From sequence record SRR31156797_6261: a DNA stretch of 39,640 nucleotides; one strand, 5' to 3'. Below are positions 1-8,689 of the stretch, one piece after another (the stretch's first letter is position 1; every line of letters starts with the position of its first letter). The translations under genes were made by a program, and so were the position numbers. The notes beneath the pieces were generated by a model that saw only the letters and a program-made list of their open reading frames with translations, was not told the origin of the DNA and did no database searches.

Positions 1-82
1 TGTAATTGCCATGGGCGAAGGATCAAAAGCATCTTTATCCGCTTTTGATGACAAAATTAAAAACAAACTTATGGCAAACTAA
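1..82 (+). CDS. ahpF: 3' end of alkyl hydroperoxide reductase subunit F (partial)
   Basis: Frame from base 2 reads VIAMGEGSKASLSAFDDKIKNKLMAN*, matching the AhpF C-terminal motif (IAMGEGAKAxLSAF). Stop at 80-82. Not in the ORF track. Confidence 0.8.
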   Translation, partial: VIAMGEGSKASLSAFDDKIKNKLMAN

Positions 83-134
83 ATCAACCTAACCCCTGAG
101 CTAATTATTATTAAATTAAAAAAAATAAAACGTT

Positions 135-599
135 ATGAATAGAATTGGATTAGATACAGAAAAAACAGCGAATTTAGCCAAAAACTTAAATGATTTATTA
201 GCTAACTATCAGGTATTTTATATGAACGTAAGAGGGTTTCACTGGAATATTAAAGGTGAGAAATTCTTTGAACTTCATGCTAAATTTGAAGAACTATACG
301 ATGACCTTGTTTTAAAGGTGGATGAAATTGCAGAAAGAATTCTTACTCTTCAAGGAGTTCCAACGCACACATTCACAGAATATCTTGAAGTATCGGAAGT
401 AAAAGTAGCTAAAAATGTAAGCGAAGGCAGAGAGGCTGTTCAATTATTACTAGACGCTTTTAAAGTAATTATTTCTAAACAACGTGCTTTACTTGAACTT
501 TCAGGTTATGCTGATGATGAAGGAACCAATGCTTTAATGAGTGACTACATCAGAGAACAGGAAAAAATAGTATGGATGTACTCAGCATATCTTAACTAA
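135..599 (+). CDS. dps: Dps family DNA starvation/stationary phase protection protein (ferritin-like)
   Basis: FHWNIKG..FFELH..FEELY and DEIAERI ferroxidase motifs; 154 aa. Confidence 0.95.
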   Translation: MNRIGLDTEKTANLAKNLNDLLANYQVFYMNVRGFHWNIKGEKFFELHAKFEELYDDLVLKVDEIAERILTLQGVPTHTFTEYLEVSEVKVAKNVSEGREAVQLLLDAFKVIISKQRALLELSGYADDEGTNALMSDYIREQEKIVWMYSAYLN

Positions 600-624
600 G
601 ATTTTAAAATAACAGTATAATAAT

Positions 625-655
625 GAAGAGGCTGCTTGTATGAGACAGCCTCTTC
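625..655. terminator. Hairpin between convergent dps and trxA, likely bidirectional terminator
   Basis: GAAGAGGCTG (625-634) / CAGCCTCTTC (646-655) perfect 10-bp inverted repeat. Confidence 0.7.
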
Positions 656-659
656 TGCT

Positions 660-959
660 TTAAATAAATTGTTGAATTATTGATCTTAATGAATTCACAT
701 CTACTAAACCAGACTGCCTCCATAAACTTTGACCTTTTTTATAAATGGCCAGTGTAGGTACACCTTGAATTTGAAAACGAGCAGCAATACTTTGATTTTT
801 ATCTACATCAATTTTTATCACCTTAATTTTATCTCCAAACTCTTTGGCTATTTGCTGCAATATTGGCCCCTGAGTTTTACAAGGTCCACACCACTCAGCA
901 AAAAAATCGATCAATACAGGTATATCTGAATTAATAATGTTGTTAAAATTTCCTTGCAT
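660..959 (-). CDS. trxA: Thioredoxin
   Basis: WCGPC active site, GVPTL cis-Pro loop; 99 aa. Confidence 0.95.
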   Translation of the reverse strand: MQGNFNNIINSDIPVLIDFFAEWCGPCKTQGPILQQIAKEFGDKIKVIKIDVDKNQSIAARFQIQGVPTLAIYKKGQSLWRQSGLVDVNSLRSIIQQFI

Positions 960-1057
960 ATATAATCACTTTAAGTTCTAAATTAAAAGTATAGAATGTG
1001 AATAATAATATTAAATTCTAATCTGTCTATCTTTAATAATAATATGTTTTTACTTTC

Positions 1058-1072
1058 CCAAAGCATATGCCA
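1058..1072 (-). promoter_or_regulatory. Candidate sigma-54 (-24/-12) promoter upstream of thioredoxin
   Basis: Minus strand TGGCATATGCTTTGG has TGGCA and TTG at the spacing of the TGGCACG-N4-TTGC consensus (final C is G here). Confidence 0.4.
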
Positions 1073-1279
1073 AAATCAGAAGATCAACTTTAAGCTTGGA
1101 TTAAACCTTAAAATTGGACATATATCAATACTCTAAACCCATTTTAACTATAAAAACGAAAGATTAACATGTCACTTTAACAGACAATAAAAACCGAACA
1201 AGTCAGTTTGGCAAACAAAAATTCATGCACTATAAGTTAGAATACAAACAGATACCTTCATTATATCCGAGAATATATT

Positions 1280-1295
1280 TTAAAAGCGCTTTACA
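1280..1295. promoter_or_regulatory. LacI-family-like operator (site 1) upstream of sugar-binding protein
   Basis: TTAAAAGCGCTTTACA with perfect core AAAGCGCTTT and central CG. Confidence 0.4.
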
Positions 1296-1364
1296 ATTCA
1301 AATCTAATTTCGTAAATTAAATATGAATATTTGATCTTCCTTTATTACCGTATAGTAAAGGCTT

Positions 1365-1374
1365 TTAGCGCTAA
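1365..1374. promoter_or_regulatory. LacI-family-like operator (site 2)
   Basis: Perfect palindrome TTAGCGCTAA, same AGCGCT core as site 1, 82 bp downstream. Confidence 0.3.
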
Positions 1375-1447
1375 GCTTTTATTAATCGGAAACAGATCTT
1401 GAGTTAATCAAGATGAAAAAACTATTGATAACTTAAATCTTAGCAAT

Positions 1448-2440
1448 ATGAAAAATGTAAAATCTATACTTTTTTTTGTGGTAATTTTAATTCTTTTCTC
1501 TGCTTGCAAGCACAAGCCGCAAGTAGGGTTGTTATTGGATACGTTGGAAAGGGAGAGATGGAAAAAAGATATGCAACTTATTGAAAAGGATATTGAGGAT
1601 ATGGGAGGAACATGCATGGTTGCAGTGGCCGATACAGATCCGGATAAACAATTAGATCAAGCCAAAGAGTTGATTGATAAAGGTGCAGAAGTATTGATTG
1701 TAGTGGCTGTAGATTCAAAAAAAGCGGCAGACATTGTTAACTATGCACACCAAAATTATGTTCCGGTTATTTCTTATGATAGACTTATTAAAAATTGTAA
1801 TCTGGACTATCATATATCTACTGATAATATAGCAGTTGGAGAACTTCAGGCTGAATTCCTGACTAAAATAAAACCTAAAGGAAAATATGGTATTGTAGGT
1901 GGTTCTACTATGGATAACAATGCTTACCTTTTAAATTTAGGACAAATGAATGTTCTTCAACCACTAATTGAAAAAGGCGATATTGAGATTGTTTTTAATG
2001 AGTTTTCAAAAAGCTGGGCTTTGCACGAAGGATATGCCATTACGAATGACTATTTAAATAATATAGATACTGCTATTGATGCCATTATTGCAGGAAATGA
2101 TGCTTTAGCAACTGGTGTGATAAGTGCTTTAAAAGAGCATCAATTAGCCGGAAGAGTATTGGTAGCTGGTCAGGATGCAGATGCAGAAGCAATCAGAAAT
2201 ATTGCCGGAGGAAACCAAACCATTACCATCTATAAACCAATTGAATCTATGGCCTATGCAGCAGCTGATGCAGCAATTAAAATATCAAAAGGTATTGCAC
2301 CTTCAAATATGAACTTAACTATTAATAATGGTAAACGTCTGGTTCCGGCTATACTTTTGCCTGCTCAGGTGGTTCATAGACAAAATATTAAAATGACTGT
2401 TGTTTCGGAGGGTTTTATTAAAGAGGAGGAAATTAATTAA
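1448..2440 (+). CDS. Sugar-binding periplasmic protein (XylF/ChvE-like, type 1 PBP), lipoprotein
   Basis: ERWKKD, VPVISYDRLI, AGNDALATG, VAGQDAD and TIYKPI motifs typical of XylF; lipobox FSA-C at Cys20. Confidence 0.88.
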   Translation: MKNVKSILFFVVILILFSACKHKPQVGLLLDTLERERWKKDMQLIEKDIEDMGGTCMVAVADTDPDKQLDQAKELIDKGAEVLIVVAVDSKKAADIVNYAHQNYVPVISYDRLIKNCNLDYHISTDNIAVGELQAEFLTKIKPKGKYGIVGGSTMDNNAYLLNLGQMNVLQPLIEKGDIEIVFNEFSKSWALHEGYAITNDYLNNIDTAIDAIIAGNDALATGVISALKEHQLAGRVLVAGQDADAEAIRNIAGGNQTITIYKPIESMAYAAADAAIKISKGIAPSNMNLTINNGKRLVPAILLPAQVVHRQNIKMTVVSEGFIKEEEIN

Positions 2441-2460
2441 TTTAACGGTACTTAAAAAAT

Positions 2461-2562
2461 GGGCAAGCAGCTATTGTTTGATAGTGAAATAAGAAGGAAG
2501 ATTGGAATAGTTAGTTAGAATTACCTATAATTGGGATGGTTGAAGCTGCTTGCCTTTTTTTT
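2461..2562 (+). ncRNA. Candidate structured RNA or large-loop terminator
   Basis: GGCAAGCAGCT (2462-2472) pairs perfectly with AGCTGCTTGCC (2544-2554) around a 71-nt loop, followed by T8. Confidence 0.4.
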
Positions 2563-2597
2563 AAAACAATTGCTATTTTAGCGTTAAAATAGCATTC

Positions 2598-5500
2598 ATG
2601 TCAGAACTCAAAATATACAAGGCTTCGGCCGGCTCCGGAAAAACATTTACACTCACCAGGGAATTTCTTTTTTTACTGTACGAGAACCCTTTAAGCTACA
2701 CCAATACTTTAGCAGTTACGTTCACCAACAAAGCCACGGGTGAAATGAAAAGCCGTATTCTGGAGAAATTATACCAGATTGCCAATCATGAGACCGATGA
2801 TTATATTGTTGAGCTAAAAAGAAAATTTAATTTATATGAAAGTGAGGTTAGACAAAGAGCGCAGGTATTATTGAGTTATTTATTACATGATTTCTCCAGT
2901 TTCTCAGTCAGCACCATTGACAGTTTTTTTCAAAAAATAATACGGGCTTTTGCCAGAGAAGCCGGATTGGAAAGTGGATTTAAAATTGAATTAAACACTT
3001 CTAAAATTCTGCAAAAAGCTATTGATCATCTTTTAATGAAAGTAGATTTACCAGAACACAAACAACTTAAAAACTGGCTGGTACAATTTGCAGAACAAAA
3101 ACTTACACAAGGAAAAAACTGGAATTTAAGCCGTGATTTAAATAGTTTGGGTTCAGAAATTTTTAATGAACTTTTTCAATTAGAAAGCCGGGAAATTCTG
3201 CAGACCATTAGCAATAAAGAAGGCATGCAGGACTATCTTAAAAACTTGCAGGCTATTATTAATGATTTTGAATCAAAAATTAAAGCTTTTGGTGAAGAAG
3301 GTAGCTCGGCCATTATAAAAAGTGGTCTAAAATATGATTTGTTTACTGGTAAAAGTCGTACGCCGGTAAAATACTTTGAAAAACTAAAAGCGGTTGACAA
3401 ATTAGAACCGGGTGCCACTGTACTTAAACTTATTGATGCTCCAGAAAAATGGGGACGTAAAGACAATCCGCCAAATGTAAATGAGCAGATTGATCAACTC
3501 TATCCGCTTTTAAATATGCTTTTGAAAAAAGCGATTGATCTTATTCAGCGTGAGTATGAGAACTATCAATCCGCAAAGGTGATCAGTCAAAATTATTTTG
3601 CCTTGGGAATTATTGCAGATATTGCCAAGGAAGTACAACATATTTGCCGTGAAGAAAATATTTTTCTAATTGCTGATTCATCACATTTCTTAAATCGGAT
3701 TATTGATCAAAACGAAGCGCCTTTTATATATGAAAAAATTGGTAGCCGCTTTCAGAATTTTATGATCGATGAGTTTCAGGATACATCCAAGTTGCAATGG
3801 CTCAATTTCCGACCATTGGTTGACAACTCACTCGCCAGTAACCAAACCAGCATGATTGTGGGCGATGTAAAACAATCCATTTATCGATGGCGAAACTCAG
3901 ACTGGAGCCTTTTATCTTCTAAAGTCGATCAGGATTTTAAACATTATGGAAGTCAGCAACTCACTTTAAACAAAAACTGGCGTAGTTTTGATAACATTAT
4001 CAAATTCAATAATTCACTATTTTCTACTGGAGGTCAATTATTGCAAAATGATTTTAACCGGATGTTTTCCTCATTTTTTCAAACAGAAGAAGCCAATGAA
4101 GAATTCAAGGATAAAATTAGTCAGGCTTATGCCGATGTTTTTCAGGAAATACCGGAACATAAACTAGGAAACAAAGGATACATCAATGCTAAATTCTATA
4201 CAAAAAATAACGATTACACATATGAAGAATGGATTCTTGAGGATATTATTAGCCAAATAGAACTACTTATTTCAAATGGTTATCAATACAGTGATATCTG
4301 TGTGTTGGTTCGCAAAAAAGAAGAAGGTGAAACTATTGCCAATGCTTTGCTAGGAGGTACTTATACTGCTCCTATTCCGGTTATTTCTAACGAATCGTTG
4401 TTTTTAGCCGGATCTGCTGCTATTCAGTTTATGATGGCCCAAATCAAATACCTTCAAAACCCTTACAATTTGGTTTTAAAAGCTGAAATGGTCTTGCATT
4501 TTGAGCTCTTAAAAAATGCAGACGAAAACGCTCAACTGGAGATTGGAAGATATTTCAATCTAAATCAAAATGATGACTTTTCTGATAAAGATTATCCCTG
4601 GATTAATGAACTTTTAAAGCTCAGGCAAAAACCATTATTGGAACTGGTTGAACAATTGGCGCATGATTTACCTGAACATATTAAAGAAGAACAAGGCGTA
4701 TTTATTCAGGCCTTTATCAATAGCACCTCTAATTTTATTAACGATCATTATCCTGATTTAACGGCTTTTATTGAATGGTGGGAGGACAAGGGTAAAACGG
4801 AGGCTGTTGCCATTCCAGACGAGCAGAATGCCATTAAAATAATGACCATTCATAAATCTAAAGGTCTGGAATTTAAGGCTGTGATTATTCCGTTTTGTAA
4901 TTGGAAATTAGATTCTGAAATCAATAGCAATATCATTTGGTGTAAACCAAAGCAAGCACCATTTAACGAAATTAAATTGCTGCCTGTTACCTATACTTCC
5001 CGACTTCAGAATACAATTTTTAAAGAGGATTATTTTGAAGAGCGCCTGTACCAAAATGTGGATAGTTTAAACCTGCTTTACGTTGCCTTAACCCGTAGTT
5101 GCGAGGTTCTTTTAAGCTATGGAAATGCGCCTTCAAAAAACAATAAAGGCGAATTAAAATCGGTTGCCGACTTAATGTATTTTGCTTTCTCTCATCATCA
5201 ATTAGAAACCGGTAATGGATACATTAATTTGGCAGAATCGTGGAATGCGGAAGAATTAAGCTTTGCTTATGGAGAGATACCCGACAATACAAACATCACG
5301 CAAGAAAAAAGCAGTACGAACGGCATTATGCTGAAATCTTTTCAAAACCGCTTGCTGAGTAATGATCAAATTGCCATTAAAACGGATAGTGATGATTACT
5401 TTACCTCAAACGGAACACAAAGCAAGGTTGATTTTGGTAAGTTAATGCACGAAGCTTTTGCTCATATTATTTCTGTGGATGATGTAGACAAGGCTATACA

Positions 5501-5876
5501 TCAATTGGTTTTTGAAGGCAAAATTGAAGAAGATAAAGAATCAGCATTAAAAAAAGATATCAACCAACTTATTTCTCAAGCAGAAACATCTGATTGGTTT
5601 AACAGCCATAATAAGGTAAAAACAGAATGTGCCATTTTAACACCTATGGGCACCTATCGTCCCGACCGCGTTGTTTTTACAGATGAAGAAATACACATTA
5701 TCGATTATAAGTTTGGAACACATGAAGAACCTAAATATGAAAAACAGGTGCTTCAGTATGTAAACCACATCAAACAAATGGAAAAGCTAAAGGTTAAGGG
5801 TTTTATTTGGTATGTTAGTCTGAATAAAATTGTAGATGTAAACACTGCACCTCCTGTTCAGGGAAGTTTGTTTTAA
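2598..5876 (+). CDS. UvrD-family ATP-dependent helicase/nuclease (AddA/RecB-like) with C-terminal PD-(D/E)XK nuclease
   Basis: ASAGSGKT Walker A, TFTNKA, IDEFQDTS, VGDVKQSIYRWR, MTIHKSKGLEF, LYVALTR, and C-terminal RPDRV..IIDYKFG. Confidence 0.92.
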   Translation: MSELKIYKASAGSGKTFTLTREFLFLLYENPLSYTNTLAVTFTNKATGEMKSRILEKLYQIANHETDDYIVELKRKFNLYESEVRQRAQVLLSYLLHDFSSFSVSTIDSFFQKIIRAFAREAGLESGFKIELNTSKILQKAIDHLLMKVDLPEHKQLKNWLVQFAEQKLTQGKNWNLSRDLNSLGSEIFNELFQLESREILQTISNKEGMQDYLKNLQAIINDFESKIKAFGEEGSSAIIKSGLKYDLFTGKSRTPVKYFEKLKAVDKLEPGATVLKLIDAPEKWGRKDNPPNVNEQIDQLYPLLNMLLKKAIDLIQREYENYQSAKVISQNYFALGIIADIAKEVQHICREENIFLIADSSHFLNRIIDQNEAPFIYEKIGSRFQNFMIDEFQDTSKLQWLNFRPLVDNSLASNQTSMIVGDVKQSIYRWRNSDWSLLSSKVDQDFKHYGSQQLTLNKNWRSFDNIIKFNNSLFSTGGQLLQNDFNRMFSSFFQTEEANEEFKDKISQAYADVFQEIPEHKLGNKGYINAKFYTKNNDYTYEEWILEDIISQIELLISNGYQYSDICVLVRKKEEGETIANALLGGTYTAPIPVISNESLFLAGSAAIQFMMAQIKYLQNPYNLVLKAEMVLHFELLKNADENAQLEIGRYFNLNQNDDFSDKDYPWINELLKLRQKPLLELVEQLAHDLPEHIKEEQGVFIQAFINSTSNFINDHYPDLTAFIEWWEDKGKTEAVAIPDEQNAIKIMTIHKSKGLEFKAVIIPFCNWKLDSEINSNIIWCKPKQAPFNEIKLLPVTYTSRLQNTIFKEDYFEERLYQNVDSLNLLYVALTRSCEVLLSYGNAPSKNNKGELKSVADLMYFAFSHHQLETGNGYINLAESWNAEELSFAYGEIPDNTNITQEKSSTNGIMLKSFQNRLLSNDQIAIKTDSDDYFTSNGTQSKVDFGKLMHEAFAHIISVDDVDKAIHQLVFEGKIEEDKESALKKDINQLISQAETSDWFNSHNKVKTECAILTPMGTYRPDRVVFTDEEIHIIDYKFGTHEEPKYEKQVLQYVNHIKQMEKLKVKGFIWYVSLNKIVDVNTAPPVQGSLF

Positions 5877-5884
5877 TCAATCGT

Positions 5885-6970
5885 TTAGTTTAAGATTTGC
5901 TTATTTTTATTTACAAAATCTTTTAATAAAGGGAACTCATGCTCAAAATTTGGGGTAAAAATATTCTTACCCAAATTATTTTCTATTTCATCAAGTGTCC
6001 AGAATTTACCTTCGCTAACTTCAGAAGGATCGGGATTTAAAGGCTGGTTAGTAATGGCGATAAAACCATACACCATTTCTTTTTCTATATCGCTTTCCCA
6101 AACATAGTTGATAAAAGGTATCGCCTTAAACTCCTTTAAACCGATTTCTTCCTGCGCCTCTCTTTGTAATGATAATTCAATAGATTCATCGGCAGAAACA
6201 TGGCCACCAACAGCGGTATCCCATTTTCCTGGTTGTACCAACTTATGGTCTGCTCTTTTTTGCAAATACAACTCCCCCTTTGAATTAAACAACTGAATAT
6301 GCACAACCGGATGAAGTATCATCGTTTTTTTATGCGCTACACTTCGGGGCATTTTGCCTAACACTTTTCCTTCTTCATTTACAATAGGCAACCACTCTTC
6401 CTGAGCATAAGCAGATTGACTTTTCTTTTTTCGATATAGCTCAAAAACAAAATACAAACCGAATACAGCATAAAATCCGGGACCGCTGATAGAAACCCAC
6501 ATTTCTTTACTCATATAAATGGCACTGATAAAAACAGCCAGCGTGTGCGCTGAAAAAATCCAGAAAAGTCCTTTGATACTTTGCAGCATTTCAAACTGCT
6601 GCCAGGGATTTATCTCCACCCCTTTTAAATAACGACCACTCATGGCCATCATTATATTCTGCTTTCCATATGCTGAAACACCCAAAAGAACACAAAGAAT
6701 CACACCAATTACACCTGGTTTTAGCTTAAAAAACAAATCATTATCCAACAATAAAGATACCCCTCCCATCGCCACTAATAATCCTACATCGAACAAGATA
6801 AAGCGATCCGGCTTTTGTTTACGAAATACACTGATCATTACCTCTACCAAACCAAAACCAATAGCTACGATTAACCCTACTTCAGTTCCCCATAAACTAT
6901 CGGCAATAACAAAAATAATAAGTGGTGCCAGTCCCGGTAAAAGCTTTTTTATTAAATCAACATTATTCAT
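5885..6970 (-). CDS. Membrane protein: YciB/IspZ-like N-terminal domain fused to NUDIX hydrolase (IDI/YfcD-like)
   Basis: About 6 hydrophobic segments incl. DLFFKLKPGVIG (YciB-like F.K.KP motif); C-terminal HPVVH..LYLQKR..PGKWDTAVGGHV..REAQEEIG Nudix box. Confidence 0.8.
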   Translation of the reverse strand: MNNVDLIKKLLPGLAPLIIFVIADSLWGTEVGLIVAIGFGLVEVMISVFRKQKPDRFILFDVGLLVAMGGVSLLLDNDLFFKLKPGVIGVILCVLLGVSAYGKQNIMMAMSGRYLKGVEINPWQQFEMLQSIKGLFWIFSAHTLAVFISAIYMSKEMWVSISGPGFYAVFGLYFVFELYRKKKSQSAYAQEEWLPIVNEEGKVLGKMPRSVAHKKTMILHPVVHIQLFNSKGELYLQKRADHKLVQPGKWDTAVGGHVSADESIELSLQREAQEEIGLKEFKAIPFINYVWESDIEKEMVYGFIAITNQPLNPDPSEVSEGKFWTLDEIENNLGKNIFTPNFEHEFPLLKDFVNKNKQILN

Positions 6971-6987
6971 AAACTACAAAAAAAGGT

Positions 6988-7017
6988 AAAAAAATAGGCT
7001 GCTTAAAAAGCAGCCTA
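6988..7017 (-). terminator. Rho-independent terminator after fabG
   Basis: TAGGCTGCTT (6995-7004) / AAGCAGCCTA (7008-7017) stem with T-run on the minus strand. Confidence 0.8.
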
Positions 7018-7041
7018 GTCAATATATTTCAATACGATGAA

Positions 7042-7788
7042 TTACATGTTCATACCACCACAAACGTGAATGGTTTGTCCTGTTACGTATGCTGATAAAT
7101 CAGAACCTAAATAAACGCAGGTATTCGCAACGTCTTCCGGAGAACCTCCTCTTTTCAATGGAATTTTAGCTTCCCATTCTTTCTTCACGTTTTCTGGTAA
7201 TACACCAGTCATTTCTGTAATGATGAAACCTGGAGCAATCGCATTATGTCTGATTCCTCTTGTTCCCATTTCTTTGGCAGCAGACTTTGTAAAACCAATA
7301 ATACCCGCTTTAGATGCAGAGTAATTACATTGGTTAGCATTACCAGAAACTCCAACAACAGAGCTCATGTTAATGACACTACCGCCCGCTTGCTTCCACA
7401 TTACCGGCTGAACAGCTTTAGTAAAGTTAAATACTGATTTTAAATTCACAGAAATAACTAAATCCCACTGCTCTTCAGTCATTCTTTTTAATGCACCATC
7501 TTTAGTGATTCCTGCATTATTTACTAAAATATCAATACGTCCAAACTCTTCTGCTATTTCTTTAACAACACGTTGTGTATCTTCGTAGTTACTTGCGTCA
7601 GAAGCATAACCTTTTGCTTTAACACCTAAAGCAGTTAACTCTTTTTCAGTTTCTTCAGCAGCTTCGTTGATTACTAAATCAGTAAAAGCAACATTACACC
7701 CATGTTGTGCATAAACTAAAGCAATTGATTTTCCGATACCTCTGGCAGCTCCGGTAATAATTGCAGTCTTTCCTTCTAATAATTTCAT
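7042..7788 (-). CDS. fabG: 3-oxoacyl-ACP reductase
   Basis: TGAARGIG, NNAGITKD, NYSASKAG, PGFI, YVTGQTIHVCGGM. Confidence 0.93.
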   Translation of the reverse strand: MKLLEGKTAIITGAARGIGKSIALVYAQHGCNVAFTDLVINEAAEETEKELTALGVKAKGYASDASNYEDTQRVVKEIAEEFGRIDILVNNAGITKDGALKRMTEEQWDLVISVNLKSVFNFTKAVQPVMWKQAGGSVINMSSVVGVSGNANQCNYSASKAGIIGFTKSAAKEMGTRGIRHNAIAPGFIITEMTGVLPENVKKEWEAKIPLKRGGSPEDVANTCVYLGSDLSAYVTGQTIHVCGGMNM

Positions 7789-7873
7789 TTTATTGTGTTT
7801 AAAAGGTATTAACTTAATTTACTGGCTATTAAATGCATATTTATTTCTTTAATATCTATGCACAAATGCGGGA

Positions 7874-7881
7874 CAAATGTA
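7874..7881 (-). promoter_or_regulatory. Bacteroidota sigma-A -7 box for fabG
   Basis: Minus strand TACATTTG fits TAnnTTTG, 86 bp upstream of start. Confidence 0.55.
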
Positions 7882-7925
7882 ACAATTTATGCTAAAAAAT
7901 AAAGTCTTTCTGTTTATTGCATCAC

Positions 7926-7954
7926 CTTTTCCAAAGTTTAAAACTTTGGAAAAG
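7926..7954. repeat. Perfect AT-rich palindrome, REP-like
   Basis: CTTTTCCAAAGTTT-A-AAACTTTGGAAAAG: 14-bp arms, 1-nt centre, 10 bp past the sirtuin stop. Confidence 0.6.
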
Positions 7955-7963
7955 TTTCAAAGC

Positions 7964-8689
7964 CTATATCGCAGTCATAATTTTTTCCATAGCTTCACCT
8001 GCCTTTTCTTGAATATGAATATCAGTAATCTGATGCGTAAAGTTAGATACACCTGGATTAATTTCAATAATCAAAGCTCCATTACGTTTGGCCTCCCATG
8101 GTATTTGACAGGCAGGCATCACCTCTCCTGTTGAACCTATAATAATCACCAACTCAGCTTTTCTTGCTGCTGTAACACTTTTTTCATAGGCATCTACAGG
8201 AATTCCTTCGCCAAAAAATATAAAATCTGGTTTAAGCAATCCATTACACTTTTCGCATTTAGGAGGTAAAACAGATAAATCTTTATCCTTAGCCTCTACT
8301 GTATTACCACAACTCAAGCATTTTAATTTTTGAGAATTCCCATGAAACTCGTATACCTCTTTACTGCCAGCTTCAAAATGTAGATTATCTATGTTTTGTG
8401 TGACCACCGCTTTTAATAAACCTTTTTGTTCCAATTGTGCTAATCCTTTATGTGCCATGTTAGGCTCCGATTTCATAAAGAAATCATAAAATATTTCTCG
8501 AATAGCCTGCCACGACTTTTCAGGATTTTGTAAGAAATAATCTAATTCTAATAAATTCGGATCATATCGGTTCCAAATACCTTCCTCACCTCTAAAAGGA
8601 GGAATTCCACTTTCTACCGAAATACCAGCTCCAGTAAAAGCCATTGTATATTTTGAATCTTTTATCAATTTAATTAATCGATCTATCAT
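7964..8689 (-). CDS. cobB: NAD-dependent protein deacylase (Sir2 family)
   Basis: GAGISVESGIPPFRG, TQNIDNLH, EFHG, two CxxC zinc motifs, KPDFIFFGE, EINP. Confidence 0.92.
   Translation of the reverse strand: MIDRLIKLIKDSKYTMAFTGAGISVESGIPPFRGEEGIWNRYDPNLLELDYFLQNPEKSWQAIREIFYDFFMKSEPNMAHKGLAQLEQKGLLKAVVTQNIDNLHFEAGSKEVYEFHGNSQKLKCLSCGNTVEAKDKDLSVLPPKCEKCNGLLKPDFIFFGEGIPVDAYEKSVTAARKAELVIIIGSTGEVMPACQIPWEAKRNGALIIEINPGVSNFTHQITDIHIQEKAGEAMEKIMTAI

Noticed and set aside
7964-8689. Sir2 protein as anti-phage defence (Thoeris/DSR type)
   Set aside because: Has the zinc-binding CxxC pairs and size of a housekeeping deacylase, with no defence partners
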